Positions 39,343 to 52,739 of a stretch of DNA of 64,000 nt are shown here, piece by piece. This DNA is from Rhynchobatus australiae (taxonomy: Eukaryota). The DNA is taken from NCBI GenBank assembly GCA_034780895.1, contig JAUZTB010000070.1, positions 29,437,291-29,501,290 of the forward strand, in the 5' to 3' direction. The notes under the pieces are model-generated. The model was not told where the DNA came from. It searched no databases and was given only the letters and a program-made list of their open reading frames with translations. Both the position numbers and the translations under genes were made by a program. Each line of letters begins with the position of its first letter. Within the stretch, counting starts at the first letter, position 1.

Positions 39343-41414
39343 TGTTGCAGTTTGCTACTGTGCAGTTTGAGCTGAGATTTAGTTACAGGGTTGCGGTCAA
39401 GGTGATTTGGTTACATTGCAGTGGTCTCTGACGTATCAGGGCAGTTGCCTGGTTGGAAAACCACTAGAGCGTACTGGTTGAATCTGCGGCATAATATACT
39501 TCAACTGCTTGTAGTTCCAAATTGAACCTTCCTCAGCCACTTAACGTGCAACAAGATTAGACTTCCCAGGGCCAGTTTCTTTTGCAAATTTTCTTCATGT
39601 CCATACACAATTCAGATGGAACACAATTCCCTCAGGAATTTGGTAGGTCCTTAAATTATTTTGGGTTGCTTGTCATTCTCAGTAAATGCCATGGTCACTG
39701 CTTCCCTCCTCTGTTATAGGAGGCAAATAAGCCAGATGTTACCATGGAGTTGTCCACCATGTTCTTTGTCTCAGTGCAGTGGCTTCTAAATGAACACAGC
39801 CCATCTATTACAACAAACAAAATGCTGGGGGAACTCAGTGGGTTGAGCATCATCTATAGAGGAAAATGGAAAGTCAGCTTTTCAGATCAAGACCCGAGAA
39901 CATCAGTTGTCCATTTTTCCGCCCCCCCCACAGATGCTGCCTGACTTGCTGAGATCCTCCAGCACTTTGTGTGTTGCTCCAGATCTTGTCTCCAGCGAGC
40001 CTGTCCATTAGTTCTATTCCCCAATTGCTAGTCAGTTCACATTCAGTAGAACTTGAAATATTTTGATGTTTATCCAGAGTGTGTGTTAGGCATAAACCCA
40101 ATTGCAGACATGCTGTACAGTGTAGGCCATTGAAAGGATCTATTTTGGTTTGAGGTCAGGAAAGGTGGTTCTACAATATGCAGCATCTCCCGTTTCCTGT
40201 TGTAAAACATGGTTAAGAAGCAGTCTCCAAAGTTTACCCAAATCTCTTGTACCTGTTTAGGAAGGGCATCTCCTTTTGGCTTTGTTAAATGATTAATAGC
40301 TTCTGCTATCGTACTTGTGTTTTATTGTTGCACGAGGATGGAATATAATTTATTAAACTTGTACTGAAAATATTGGATCAACTTTTAGTGGAAACTTTGT
40401 TCTGCTGTCTGAAACTAATTTGTTATAACTGTTCCGAAACAGACTTCAAATAACCTAGAAAAGGTGTACAGGCAAGGCCCCCCCCCAACATTACACCCAT
40501 TCAAGTTATGGAAATTTGCCCTCCTTACAGAATTCACGGGGAGGGGAGTAAATAAATCAACACCATCTTTGTTTTCACTGTGCACAAATGATACAGCTTC
40601 ACGTTACGGACAATTGCGATTCTTCCCATTTTGAAGGAACACAACTCTGCCCCCCCCCGCCCAAAATAACGTGGAGTTCACCTGTACTGTATTGTATTTA
40701 ATTCTTCACCTGCCATTGTTGCTTTTAAACAAAAGCGAATTGGTCGGTAGTGTGGTAATGGGTGTGATGTAGAATGGGGATGGAAGATTTTACTTTTTAA
40801 AAGAAACCTCTCAAAGACAATTGGAACTTTCCTTTATGGTTGTTTAGTGCTAACAGCAAGTATTGAGATGAAAGAGGGATTATCAGATACAGATTTAAAA
40901 AAAACCCTTCTAGTCCTCTCCAACAACATACTGTTAACCTAATCCCTGAAGAACTCCCCGCACAGCACTGGTTGTATTTTTCCAAGACATCCTGCCGTTT
41001 ATCCAACTGAGATTGTCCAATTATTGCTGAATTAGGGACCTGTGGCTGTGGGCTCATGCTCACCTTGAGCTGAGCTGAACTAACACACATTCCTCATTGA
41101 CTTAGTCCAGACTTGCAGGATAAAAGCTTCCTCTGCTGAGCCAAGTTCAACCACTATTCCCTGGTGAAATGTGCGTCTAATCCACTGCACCAAGTTTTCT
41201 TCCTGCACCAGTTTAAAGTGGGGAGATTTACCCATAAAGTATAAAGGATTCACTCAAGAAAATTGCTTCACACCAAAGTAACTGATCTATTTTCATTTTG
41301 TTTTAACCTGGGTTTTAAAGTCATCTATATTTGTATACTGATAAAAGTATGAATAAGTACATATATCCATTCTAGGGGACTGCAGAAATTTAAACAGGCT
41401 CTTTTAAATTTTAG

Positions 41415-41554
41415 ATGGTATTCACAACGGTCCTGATGTCTGGAACTCGTCCAGTGGAATGGGTCAGCCAAGTTATGGAGGTTTGATGGGAAATACTACA
41501 ACCCATTTGTCTCAAGCAGGTGGCTACAGCAGCCTTCATCCACAGGAGCGCCTG
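41415..41554 (+). CDS. TCF3: TCF3 exon 10 homolog (140 nt; (D)GIHNGPDVWNSSSGMGQPSYGGLMGNTTTHLSQAGGYSSLHPQERL)
   Basis: Acceptor cttttaaattttag, donor CTG|gtaaat, phase 1 to 0. E-protein DG.H...D.W.SS.GM.QP and LH..ERL motifs. Confidence 0.95.
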
Positions 41555-44500
41555 GTAAATCCTCTTTCTCTCCAGAGTGCTAGTTCAAAGCCAGCAGTCC
41601 TGGGGGTGGGCAAGTGGGGAGGTTCCAATTAATTTTTAGAAAAATTGGTTGTGCAGAATGTTAGCATGTGGAGAAACTCCTGCATTGTTGAAAAAGCGAT
41701 AAAGCTGATCTTATTTCTGCAAGTTAATTGGATTGTAATTGCATTATCACTTAAATCGTTTGACCGTTGCTGAGTGCGTGCTTACTGTAACACAAGTTAT
41801 CGTGNNNNNNNNNNNNNNNNNNNNNNNNNNNNNNNNNNNNNNNNNNNNNNNNNNNNNNNNNNNNNNNNNNNNNNNNNNNNNNNNNNNNNNNNNNNNNNNN
41901 NNNNGATATGGTGTTTAAATTTGGTGTCGATCACCTTCTGGAAATAGTTTTAAATGAATAAGCTCCTACAAATTTATTCAGAGTTCTTTCAGATAAGCTC
42001 TGAGTGAGCCGAAGCAATTTGAGAACTGCTGTTAATGAACTGCTTAAAATTATGCTTTTTTTTAAAAGGCAACTCAACAGCATTTCTGGCTGGGCAGTCT
42101 AGCTTGGAATGTTTCACTTTTTATATTTTGCATGTGTAATCTGGTGTCACGCTTAAATGAATTTTGGGTCACCTCTGAGACTAGATGCAAAGTATTTGCA
42201 AAGTATCATGGCAGGGAAGGGGAGGGGTTGTATGATGGGGATTGTAGAAGCTTTCTGTAGAGTCTCTAGTTGCAAAAGCATGTTTTTTGAACTCCTTTAA
42301 TTTCCCCATCAATAATGATGGGTAAAGAATTTAGAACATGTATCATTGTTTGTTAATTAGTAAAAATACTTTTCCCTGTATAGTGTCATCTGTGTGTGTT
42401 AGTGCTCACTTGTAGGGGGGGGACTGAGTCCCTCGTGACAGGCCCTGTGTGACAAAAGGCCTTTCGCTGTAATGGGGTCCAGTTTCGGGTGGAATGGTCA
42501 GAACAGGCCGTGAGCACGCAGCTTAAAATAACCTTTGCCGTGAGCATCAGCTTAGCCAGAGTGTCAAAGTTGGTAGCCACTTAAGGCAGTTTGTTTTTTT
42601 TACAAAATGTAACTAATCCTTGGTCACAGAACAGTACAGCACAGGCCTTTTGGCCCACAATGTTGTGCTGAATTAATTAAACAAGTAATTAAATGCCTAA
42701 CTTAACTAATCCCTTCCGCCTACACAATGTCCAGGTCCCTCCATTCTCTGCACATCCATGTGCTTATCTAAGGGCCTCTTAAACACTTCTATCGTATCTG
42801 CCTCCACCACTACCCCGGCAGCCCATTCCAAGCACCCACCACTTCTTAAAAATAAATTTACCCTGTACATTTCCTTTGAACTTGCCCCCTAAAATGCATG
42901 CCCTCCAGCATTAGACGTTTCGACTCTCGGGAGGGGGGTGGGGGGAGGAGGAAGAGAAATATACCAGCTGTCTATCTGTGCCTCTCATAATCTTTATAGA
43001 CTTCTCAGGTCTCCCCTCCCAGAGAAAACAACCCAAGCTTGTCTAACCTCTCCTCATAGTACACTCCCTTGAATCCAGCAGCATCCTGGTAGACCTCTCC
43101 AAAACCTCCACATCCTTCCTGTAATGGGGCGACCAGAATTGGATGCCTCTTACAGCCACTCCGTTCCACTGGAGTTGATGGTGCAGAGTCCCTACAGATA
43201 GGCCCGACCTGATAGGCCACACAGAATCCTGACAAATTGTGGGAATCACCAACTAGGAAGGATTTTCAGCACATTCAGAGAAATTACACCCTGCAGTTGA
43301 TCGGGACTTCAAAATCCCTGTCACTGGCAGTTTTCCACGTGGATGTCTGTGGTCACACGGGGAAAACGTTAGCATCTCACTGCAAAATGCTTGTCACGGT
43401 AGCTTCTGAAGTGAACTGGTATGGAAATAACAGGGAGACAAGAATTCTGCAACTTCCTGGAAACTGCTGTCCCCTCCCCCTCCCCATCACCCTGTCTCTC
43501 GCCCCTCCTCCACCCACATCATCCGCCCATCGCCCCCTCCCCGCTTCAGTCCAGATGAAGGATCTCAACCCGCAATGTTAATTGTCCATTTCCCTCCACA
43601 GATGCTGCCTGACTAGCTGAGTTCCTCTGGGATCTTGTTTCTCGATACAGAACCAATGCTGGCTCTCAAAGCCAAAACAGCTGCTTTAGTTAGACTCTTT
43701 CCCTTAATGCCATCTTTTCTGTTCCACACCTAGAAATGACCTTCCCCATTTAGAGATGTGCACTCGTAACTAATGCAACTTCTTCATTTTTAAATTGTTT
43801 TTAAATATTTTTTGAAGAAAACCCCAGAGTTGGAACAAGCTACAAGTCATCAAAGAGCCAAGTCAATAGCCATGTTTCCTCACTGCATTTTGGCTACACC
43901 ACAAAGTTATTACATGCTATCAACTCTGGTCTTTGTGATCAAGCTTTGATTCTGTAACAAATTACAATTTTATTTGTTTAAAACCAAATTAAATATTTCT
44001 GGTTCTGACTATAAATTCTCTCATGACTTTGCATGTAGTGCAAGCCAACATTCTTGAGCGTTACAAAGATGATCGTATGATTAGGCTGGTTTTGTTGTGG
44101 TTGGTACTAATGAGACAGAAACACTTGGCATTTTCCTGTTTGTTTCTGGTCAATTAGAGCTACTAATAAGCCTAAATAAAAAGAATTTTGCATATGGTGG
44201 TGGATTTGGAATTGACTCATTTTGTGAATGGATTAAGAATTTGTTAGAAAAACCTTTTAGTATTTTCTTTTGTTCCACCTCTTTTGTGGCCCCAAACATT
44301 CGCTGTAACAGAGTCCTTCCCTGATGAGGAACAGCTTGGGAAGCAGAAGCAAAGTAGTCTTGGAATAGTGGAATACTGGAGTAGTCTCGGCGACTGATGG
44401 CAATGCAGATCTGATTCTTATTTATTCCATTGTCAGAACTCGAGCCAGGTTTTCAGGCGGTTTTGGTGAATAAATTTGAGATCTTTAAATCTCTCGGTTA

Positions 44501-45130
44501 AGGTAGATTTAATTTTAGTCCTTCATCTAAAAGGCAATAAGGCACATCTTGTGCCCAAGGTGACGTGTTGGACAGTGTAATACTTGAGTAAGGCTGCCAA
44601 TGTTTTCTCCCAAGAAATAAATCCAAAAATTGCTGGAAACACTCAGCGGGTCGGGGAGTATCTGTGGAAATGGAAGCAGAATTAATGCTTCAGGTCAAAG
44701 ACCCTTTGTCAGAACTGGAAAAGAGATGATAAGGTCATCTTAAATTGTGGGGAGGGTGGACGGGCACTGTGTTGGGCAAGTTCAGACCAAATGGATTATT
44801 GGGGCAGTTAGAGGGTGATTATGCTTTTGTTTATTAAATGTTCCTTGTATTAGTTGAATGTTTGCTCAAGCCAGTGGAGAGAGGAAAAACTGTCANNNNN
44901 NNNNNTCCCAAACTCTGGAGTACCTTTTCTGTTCCCGTAGGGCTGATCTTTTGAGGGCTGTCGTTGGTAATCTCCCCAGCTAGCAGCCTTTAGCCTGTTA
45001 AGCCTGTTGCATTAAAAGCCCTGTTGCAGCCTTTTCCACCTGGGCAACATTTGAATGGTTGTGTGCACTTTCTCCTGGTTTGCCCAGGGTCTCAGCAAGG
45101 TTCTCTGGGCAAATCGCAAGCTGCCCATAC

Positions 45131-45354
45131 AGAACGCTGGAGGAACTCGCTGGATCAAGTGGCTTCCGTGGAGGGGAATGGATAGTCGACATTTGAGGGC
45201 GAGATCCTTCATCTGAAATGACTAAGGGTCCAGATAAACTGTCTCAACCTGGAATGTCAACTGTCCATTTCCCTGCATGGATACTGCCTGACCTGCTGAG
45301 TTCCTCCAGCTTTTGGTGTGTCGCTCCAGATTCCCAGCGTCTGCAGTCTCTTGT
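45131..45354. mobile_element. Penelope-derived inverted-repeat element; related pieces at 17955-18130, 29450-29585, 39811-39995, 43430-43645, 44620-44725, 51290-51570, 59775-60339, 60990-61082
   Basis: Two inverted arms, gctggaggaactc...atccttcatctg and cagataa...gagttcctccagc. Flanking repeat ctgcccaYac at 45121-45130 and 45355-45364. Confidence 0.72.
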
Positions 45355-46341
45355 CTGCCCACACCTAAAACTTAGTTGCTTCATACGGTTTTGGTACAGG
45401 CACAAATTTTCTGCCGGTACCTTGACTCCCAGTGCTTGTTACCGGTGTTTCAGGCAGTGCCGACGTGAGCCAGTAGAGGAGATCTCAAGCATCTTTCCCC
45501 AGTCTTCTCCTTGGGACCGTGTGGTGGGAGCCCCTGGAGTTCAACTACCAGGCCATGATCGCTAGACATTGGGGGCACTGGCTTACAGCCAGGGGAGCAC
45601 TGTAGGTTGATAATGATAGCAACAATAGTAATTTTTTAAAAAAAAGTCTTCCTCCTGGTCGTCTTCCACCTTTGCATTGGGCTCCTAGATTTGCCATAAA
45701 CTGCAGTTACATCACCAGATGCTTACCTTTTTAGTGTCTGGTCTGGCTGGGATTTTCCAGGCCCTCCTTAGCTTCTGCCAGTTACATGGGAGAATTCGTG
45801 CATGTACCAAAATCCTACAGAGCAACCAAGTTTTAAGTTTGGTACAGGACTGTTGGAAACCTGGGGTGGCCGTGCTGGGTGTTCCGAAGCCGGATGGAAT
45901 CTGGCCAGATCCAGTATAGCAGTCTCTGAGCTCTAGCCAATGATGCACAGTTGCTCCAGTTTTCAAGGCCATTCTTGCTGTGCTGTCTGCACCTGTAATT
46001 GCAAAAGAACCATCCTGCCGTACATCTGAACGGCTCCGCTGATTGGGTCTGAATTTTATTACTTTCATGTGATGGGTTTGTATCCATCAGCAACAGAGTT
46101 GAGATCATTTGGATTTATTTCAAATCGTCCCCCTGGTGCATTGGAAAGGAGTCGTCATATTTAGTCGGTCTATTGTGAGCTTCATGTTCTGAAGTTATTG
46201 TGAAATAGGAATATAGATTATAGGAATGGGAGTAGGCCACTTGGTCCTCTTAGAGCCTTTTCATCAGAATGTAGATGATCTTTATCTTGAATTCAGATGG
46301 GTTCCATATCCTTATTACCAATGTATAAACTGTAACCATGT

Positions 46342-46375
46342 GTCCTGATGAAGGGTCTCGACCCAAAATGTTGAC
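46342..46375 (+). ncRNA. Degenerate minimal type I hammerhead ribozyme motif (Penelope-type)
   Basis: gtc-CTGATGA-a-gggt(ctcg)accc-AAAA-tgtt-gac. Stem I, the CUGAUGA core and stem II are intact, but GAAA is mutated to AAAA, so it is probably inactive. Confidence 0.6.
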
Positions 46376-47212
46376 TGTCCATTTCCATCTATAGATGCTG
46401 CCTGACCCGCTGAGTTCCTCCAGTTTTTTGTGTGTTGCTGTAACTGCTGATCTCTGTTTTGAAATTATCAGTTGATCAAACCTTTTGAGAGCTTTGTAGG
46501 AAATATATAGTGAGAAGAAAGGAGTTGTAGGGTTTTTAATGTGAAGAAGTTTTTCATGACAACATCACCAAACAGGTCAGCTCTAATGTTAAAGTTGTGT
46601 CACTTTGAGAGTTTTGTTAGAAATAATCTTCACCGTGAATCTTACGAGCAGGTTATAAATGCTGGCTAAAATGCTTAAATGTTTTTCTCTATATTGACCT
46701 CAATCTCTATCAAATTGTGGCCTGATCTGTCTGTGGTGTTTTACTATGGAGATTGGGGCCGTGGTCAGATTTCATTTGTTTACAATGTGGAGGTGGGCCA
46801 TCTCAACCTATTGAGTTCACGCCAGCTCGGAGGAATCCCATTTCCCACTGGTTTTNNNNNNNNNNAACTGGGGCAATGTCTAATTAACCCTCTCCACTGG
46901 TTTATGAATGATTCTACTGTTTTCCTTTGATCACAAAGTCCTGTGGCCACATTATGGTTTGAATGAGTGGGAATGGTTCAGTTAATAATTATAAATACAA
47001 GAGAATTTTTAACCAGCTTTCCCTTTGAGCTTTTCCAGTACCTGTTATGTTTGAGATTAAGATAGGGGGAATAAGATTAGAGTAATCGTGCTTTATTCAA
47101 GGACATGTGTCCAATTGTGCTGTCTCTGATTTATTTTATTATTTACTTCGTAAAGATCCAGGTGTATTACTTCCTCTGCATTCAGCCTAACATCAAATTT
47201 TAGAAAGTTGGT

Positions 47213-47497
47213 GATTTCTGATTGGCTTATTACACCAGGGTGCAATGGAAGTCCTTGCTCGTGTGAAGCTGAGTAAACAGTGTATATGGTAATAATAAAC
47301 ACAACAGTAAATACAGCAGCAAGTGCAAAACAACAATGGTACAAAGTACAGATGTGCAAACTGAGGTAGTGCAAACAGAAATACTAAAGTGACAATAACA
47401 GAAGAGGTAGAATTAAAGGTTTGAGAATGTGGCAGCACCACTGGGAAGGGGCTGGGAAAGAGGTCATTAAGGCGTCTGACTGCAATGGGGAAGAACT
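47213..47497 (-). mobile_element. Rex1/Babar 3' end ending about 25 nt before the exon 11 acceptor
   Basis: Minus strand ..FFPIAVRRLN, then a 3' UTR ending ccattgcaccctggtgtaataagccaatc. Confidence 0.7.
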
Positions 47498-47522
47498 TAG
47501 TGCAACTATTTTTCTTTTGCAG

Positions 47523-47670
47523 GGCTATCCAATACACACTGTGCCATCAACAGAAGTTAACGGGAGTCTTCCTTCTATGTCGGGTTTCCACTGTTCCAAT
47601 AACGCAGGTTCAACTGCGTATGGCGTCTCATCTCACACACCACCAATCAGTGGGACAGAAACCATCATGA
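47523..47670 (+). CDS. TCF3: TCF3 exon 11 homolog (148 nt; GYPIHTVPSTEVNGSLPSMSGFHCSNNAGSTAYGVSSHTPPISGTETIM)
   Basis: Acceptor tatttttcttttgcag, donor TGA|gtacgt, phase 0 to 1. Matches TCF3 EVNGGLPS...GVSSHTPPVSG. Confidence 0.93.
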
Positions 47671-49786
47671 GTACGTATGGCTTTTAGTGCACGAGTGCAG
47701 GATGTTATTTGGTCTGTTGGAGGTTTTGAAGAGCTTTTGCCTACATTCAGTTGGGTATCCAAATAAGGTCCAGCTTGAGCTTGCTTCATGAATGAAGCAG
47801 ACTTGCTGGTTACTTGGTTACTTTCTGTGGTCAATGAAGTTATTTGAAACTCAGTGTCATCTAAAGTCCAGCAGTGGCATTCTGTGTTCTAGCAGCTTTC
47901 GCAATGTAAATCCTTAAAATTTTATTTCTTTTGTCACTTCCATAATCACAAGTTTCTCTCAACTTTTCATTATTTCTTTGCTTTTCTTTGAGTGGAGCTG
48001 CTTTGCAGAATGCAATACTTATTTTCTTGGTGCTGGCCAAAAAGTTATGATAAAGTTTATGGAGCTGGGTATTAAGGTCAATGGGCTAATTCATTTGGAA
48101 ATGAAAGAGGAAACGGGTGGGGGGAAAACTCCCACAAAAGTACTTCATACTGTGTTTGTGAATAGTGTGTTTTTTTTAAAACTAAGTTTTGCATATTGAA
48201 GGAATTATGTGTATCTTTTTTAATTTAACCATTAAATCCAGCTTTCTCTGGGATAAGTTGAGCCTGGTTTATTTGTGTTCGTGTAGAGAGAATCCCTATT
48301 GTTTTAGCATAATGGGCATCTTTTGACTGAGTGACAAGGTGTGGGTAATGCTAGCTCTGGTTAACTTCAAAGACCACCTGAGTTTAATGCACAATATAAA
48401 TCCCTGGTTACTTTTTTCATCAAAGGATCTCCAAATTTCAACAGGAATGTGAGCTTGCAAATTCATCTGTCTGTTAAACAAATATATGTCCACAGGTGCA
48501 ATATTTGAAATTTAACTGCAGCTCTCTTGTAGAAATTGCAAAGAAACCTGTTGACTTTAGTCAGATATTGTTAAGTATGAATGTAGAATCCAAAGGAAAA
48601 TTTTTGAATGCAAGCACTATCCATAATTAGTGAGATTTGTTGNNNNNNNNNNNNNNNNNNNNNNNNNNNNNNNNNNNNNNNNNNNNNNNNNNNNNNNNNN
48701 NNNNNNNNNNNNNNNNNNNNNNNNNNNNNNNNNNNNNNNNNNNNNNNNNNNNNNNNNNNNNNNNNNNNNNNNNNNNNNNNNNNNNNNNNNNNNNNNNNNN
48801 NNNNNNNNNNNNNNNNNNNNNNNNNNNNNNNNNNNNNNNNNNNNNNNNNNNNNNNNNNNNNNNNNNNNNNNNNNNNNNNNNNNNNNNNNNNNNNNNNNNN
48901 NNNNNNNNNNNNNNNNNNNNNNNNNNNNNNNNNNNNNNNNNNNNNNGGAAGAGGTTGATGATTTGATCATGAACAGCCAGCAGTGGGGGGGGAGGATTCC
49001 TCTTGGATTTGTGGGGTGTCGCACAGGTTGTACGTTATATAGAATGACGTTCCATTAGAGGTAGTTACATGGGGCTGTATTGAAGTGTATTTCCATTAGA
49101 AGTCGTTGTGGCATTGATATGATTCCTCCAGTTGCCAAAGTGCTGAGTGGCCTTACTTGCAAACGCCCATCCAGTGTTAATTTGAGCATTCTGCCTGCCA
49201 ATTATTAATGTTGCATAGAACATAGAACAGAACAGGCCCTCCGGCCCACAATGTTGTGCCAACATAGCTCTTCCCTCCCACCTGCAGAATGCCCATATCC
49301 TTCTATTTACCTCTCATTCATGTGCCCATCCAAGCCCCTCTTAAAAAAAAACCCCCAATGAATCTACCTCCACCGCCCTATCAGGCAACACATTCCAGGC
49401 ATCCACCACTGAGTAAAAAGAACATACCCCTCACGTCTGTTCTGAACCTACCCCCTCTCACCTTAAATGCATGCCCTCTGGTATTGGATAGCTTAATAAT
49501 GAGAATCCTTTTATAAACTTTGTGTAAAGACCTTGGTCACAGAGTGTGAAGCATTATCCTCCATATACACTTGTGTTCTCTCAGGTGTCAGATCAGCAAC
49601 TTGATCTTCTGTATGAAAATTTGTTTCATAGTTGAATACTTTCACTACAAGTGCATTTTCCAGTGTCTGTAACTTGTAGGAGGTCTCATTATGTGTAGGT
49701 GTTTGGGTTGCTATTTCCTTATTAAATGTTCGTGCATTGGAAACAGTTCAGAGGTAGTTTACTGGACAAACACCTGGATTAAGTGG

Positions 49787-49948
49787 ACTAACACACAAAA
49801 TGTAGGAGGAACTCAGCGGGTCAGGCAGCATCTATGGAGGGAAATGGACAGTCGATGTACTGGGTCGAGACCCTTCATCGGGTCTCGATCTGAAATGTCG
49901 ACTGTTTGTTGCTCCACATTCCAGTGTCCGCAGAATCCATTTGCGTGC
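49787..49948. mobile_element. Penelope-derived palindromic element with 14-bp TSD, inserted in a CR1 remnant (about 49690-50340, +)
   Basis: Direct repeat cctggattaagtgg at 49773-49786 and 49949-49962. Internal inverted arms. Confidence 0.78.
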
Positions 49949-52739
49949 CCTGGATTAAGTGGGTTGTTTTAAGACGAGATGTTGAGCAGGCTAGCCTTGT
50001 ATCTGTTGGAATTGAGAAGAGTGTGGGGGGCAGAGGGAGACTTGATTGAAACACAAGATGCTGCCAGATCATGGCAAGGTGGCTATGGAGAGGATGTTTC
50101 CTCCCCTGAGAGAACCTAGAATTAGGGGTCACTGTTTTAAAGAAATAAAGGGGTTGCCCATTTAAAGCAACAGTAGTGAAACTTTTTTCTGAGGATTGAG
50201 AGTCCTCAAAGGGTGGTGAGTGAAAGCAGAATCTTTTAAATTTTAAGGCAAAGTTAATACTTGATAAACAAGGGGGTGTAATGTTTCTGGGGTTGGTGGG
50301 GTTAAGGTTATAATCTGTTCAACTACGATCTCCGAACAGGAGAGTAAACTGAAGGTGATGCGTGACTTTCTCCTGCTTCTGTTTGTACATCCATTTACCT
50401 CCAGTTTGTACGTTATTTTCAGTTAAACTTGCAAAAGCCATCGAAGGTTACAAGTAGTGAGGAATTAATGTTGAGCAGTTAAACAGGAATGTGAATTGAG
50501 GCTGGATCCAAACGAGCTCTTCAGACTTTGGTGCTTTGTAAAATTTGGTTAACCGAATTGACTGTTTTGTTTTTTGAATGCTCTATTTGGTTAAGTAAAC
50601 ATGATTTGAATTTATTAATGGGATAAACTTTTTTTTAAAAAAATGGATGATGAGACATTGTTTAAATGAATGCCTCTGTGTGATTGTAAGAACGTGTGAA
50701 TCAGACGCAGAAGTCAACCATCTGGGTCCTCGTGTGTACCGTTTTTGTCGATCAGCTGATCTTCTAATACTTTATGCCCTTGGTTCCTAAGCTCCACCCA
50801 AACTGATTGTGATCTGCCAAGGTCACTCCATCACTGTACTGATCCTGCTCCTTTATAAATGACTGCGACCCCACCTCTTCCATTTTACCGGTCCTTTCCT
50901 CATGTTGAATGCCTTTGAACATTAAGCTCCAAGCCTCACTTGCCCTAAGCCTCGTTCAGTAGTAAGAATTAGACCATACCTATTTGCTTCCCTTTGTATT
51001 GGTAATTCATCTACCTACTGCGAAGGATGGATCCAAAAAATATTAATTTTTCCCTTTTTAAAGTTGTTTGTTGCCCCATTTGCTGCTCATCTTTCTCGAC
51101 TGTTTATTTCCATCTTGCACTTCCTGTGTTCCCTGCCAGATTCCCATTGCCCTGCCACGCTGATTCCATGCACCACTTTCCTCCANNNNNNNNNNNNNNN
51201 NNNNNNNNNNNNNNNNNNNNNNNNNNNNNNNNNNNNNNNNNNNNNNNNNNNNNNNNNNNNNNNNNNNNNNNNNNNNNNNNNNNNNATTCTGCCACCTGTA
51301 GCCTCCACCTCTCACTCCCCCTGTAGCTGTTTCCACTGTCCCCCTCCTCCGTCTGCCTATCACCCCTCACCTGGGTCCACCTATCACCTGCCAGCTCAAG
51401 CTCCACCCCCCTTCCCTATCTCCCTTCTATCTTTCAGTCCACATGAAGGGTCTCGACCCAAAACACTGACTGTCCACTCCCCCCCCACAGATCCTGCCTG
51501 ACCCACTGAGTTCCTCCAGTAGATTGTTTGCCGCCCCACATTCCAGGGTCAGCAGTCTCTTGTGCCCATCTTGATTTTAAGCCCTTTGCGATCTCCCAGG
51601 CTGGGACATCAGTACCACCCTTGCTGAAGTATTACCCTTGCTCCAATTTCTACAAATGTGCCACAGGAACATTCCCAAAGCTTCAAATCTAAAGCCCTCC
51701 CACCTGCACCATCTCCACACTTTTTTTTTGCTGTATCCTAATTTTTTTTATACTAGTTGAGCTTAATCCCAGGAGCACTCCCAGTTCTGTCTTTTGAGGT
51801 CCTGCTTTTTAACCTCATTCCAAGCTCAGTAAAATCTACTCTGAGATGTTTAGACATCTCAGAGTTTTTTGTTGCATGCCCTAGTACAGGATTGCACAGC
51901 AGCATCACAGGCACATGGCATTAGAGACACAACATTCATAATAAAAACATAAATTGCACAAAATTATACAAGAAAGAACATGGTTAGAACAAAAAAAATC
52001 AAAGTCCATTATAGTAAAAAGTGGTCATAATGTTGCTACGCTGAGGTAGTGATTAGGGTTGTGCCAGTTGGTTCAAGAACTGAATGGTTGAAGGGAAGTA
52101 GCTGTACTTGAACCTGGTGGTGTGGGACTTCAGGCTTCTGTACCTCCTGCCCGATGGGAGCTGTGAGAAGATGGCACGGCCCGNNNNNNNNNNNNNNNNN
52201 NNNNNNNNNNNNNNNNNNNNNNNNNNNNNNNNNNNNNNNNNNNNNNNNNNNNNNNNNNNNNNNNNNNNNNNNNNNNNNNNNNNTGTACCTCCTGCCCGAT
52301 GGGAGCTGTGAGAAGATGGCACGGCCCGGATGGTGGGGATCTTTGATGATGGGTGTTGCCACCTTGAGGCAGCACCTCCTGTAGATACTGTCGACGGTGG
52401 GGAAGGATGTGCCTGTGATGTATTGAGCTGAGTCCACTGCTCTGCTGCTCCTTGCGTTCCCGTGCATTCAAATTGCTGTACCAGACTGATGCAACCTGTA
52501 GGATAGTCGACCATAGACCACATCTTCTGGTTGTTCACCCTCCCCCCTGGGATGCTCTGCAGCAGTTCAATGACACCCTTGCTTCTGCTTTTAAAGATTT
52601 GGGTGGGTGGGGAGGAGGGAGGGAAACCATTGTGGGTTCTTTTTTTTTCCTGAATGTCATTTACAACTTTTACCATGACACAAAGTATTAACTATATTCA
52701 CTGCCAGGTTTCCTGTTAACGTATCTCTTCTGGTTTCAG

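Noticed and set aside
42928-42952. G-rich run, potential G-quadruplex; similar run at 63598-63616
   Set aside because: These are homopolymer expansions in or near CR1 remnants, with no sign of function.
52139-52328. 45-bp exact direct repeat flanking exactly 100 N
   Set aside because: This is the typical overlap of contig ends around a placeholder gap, so it is an assembly artefact and not a real duplication.
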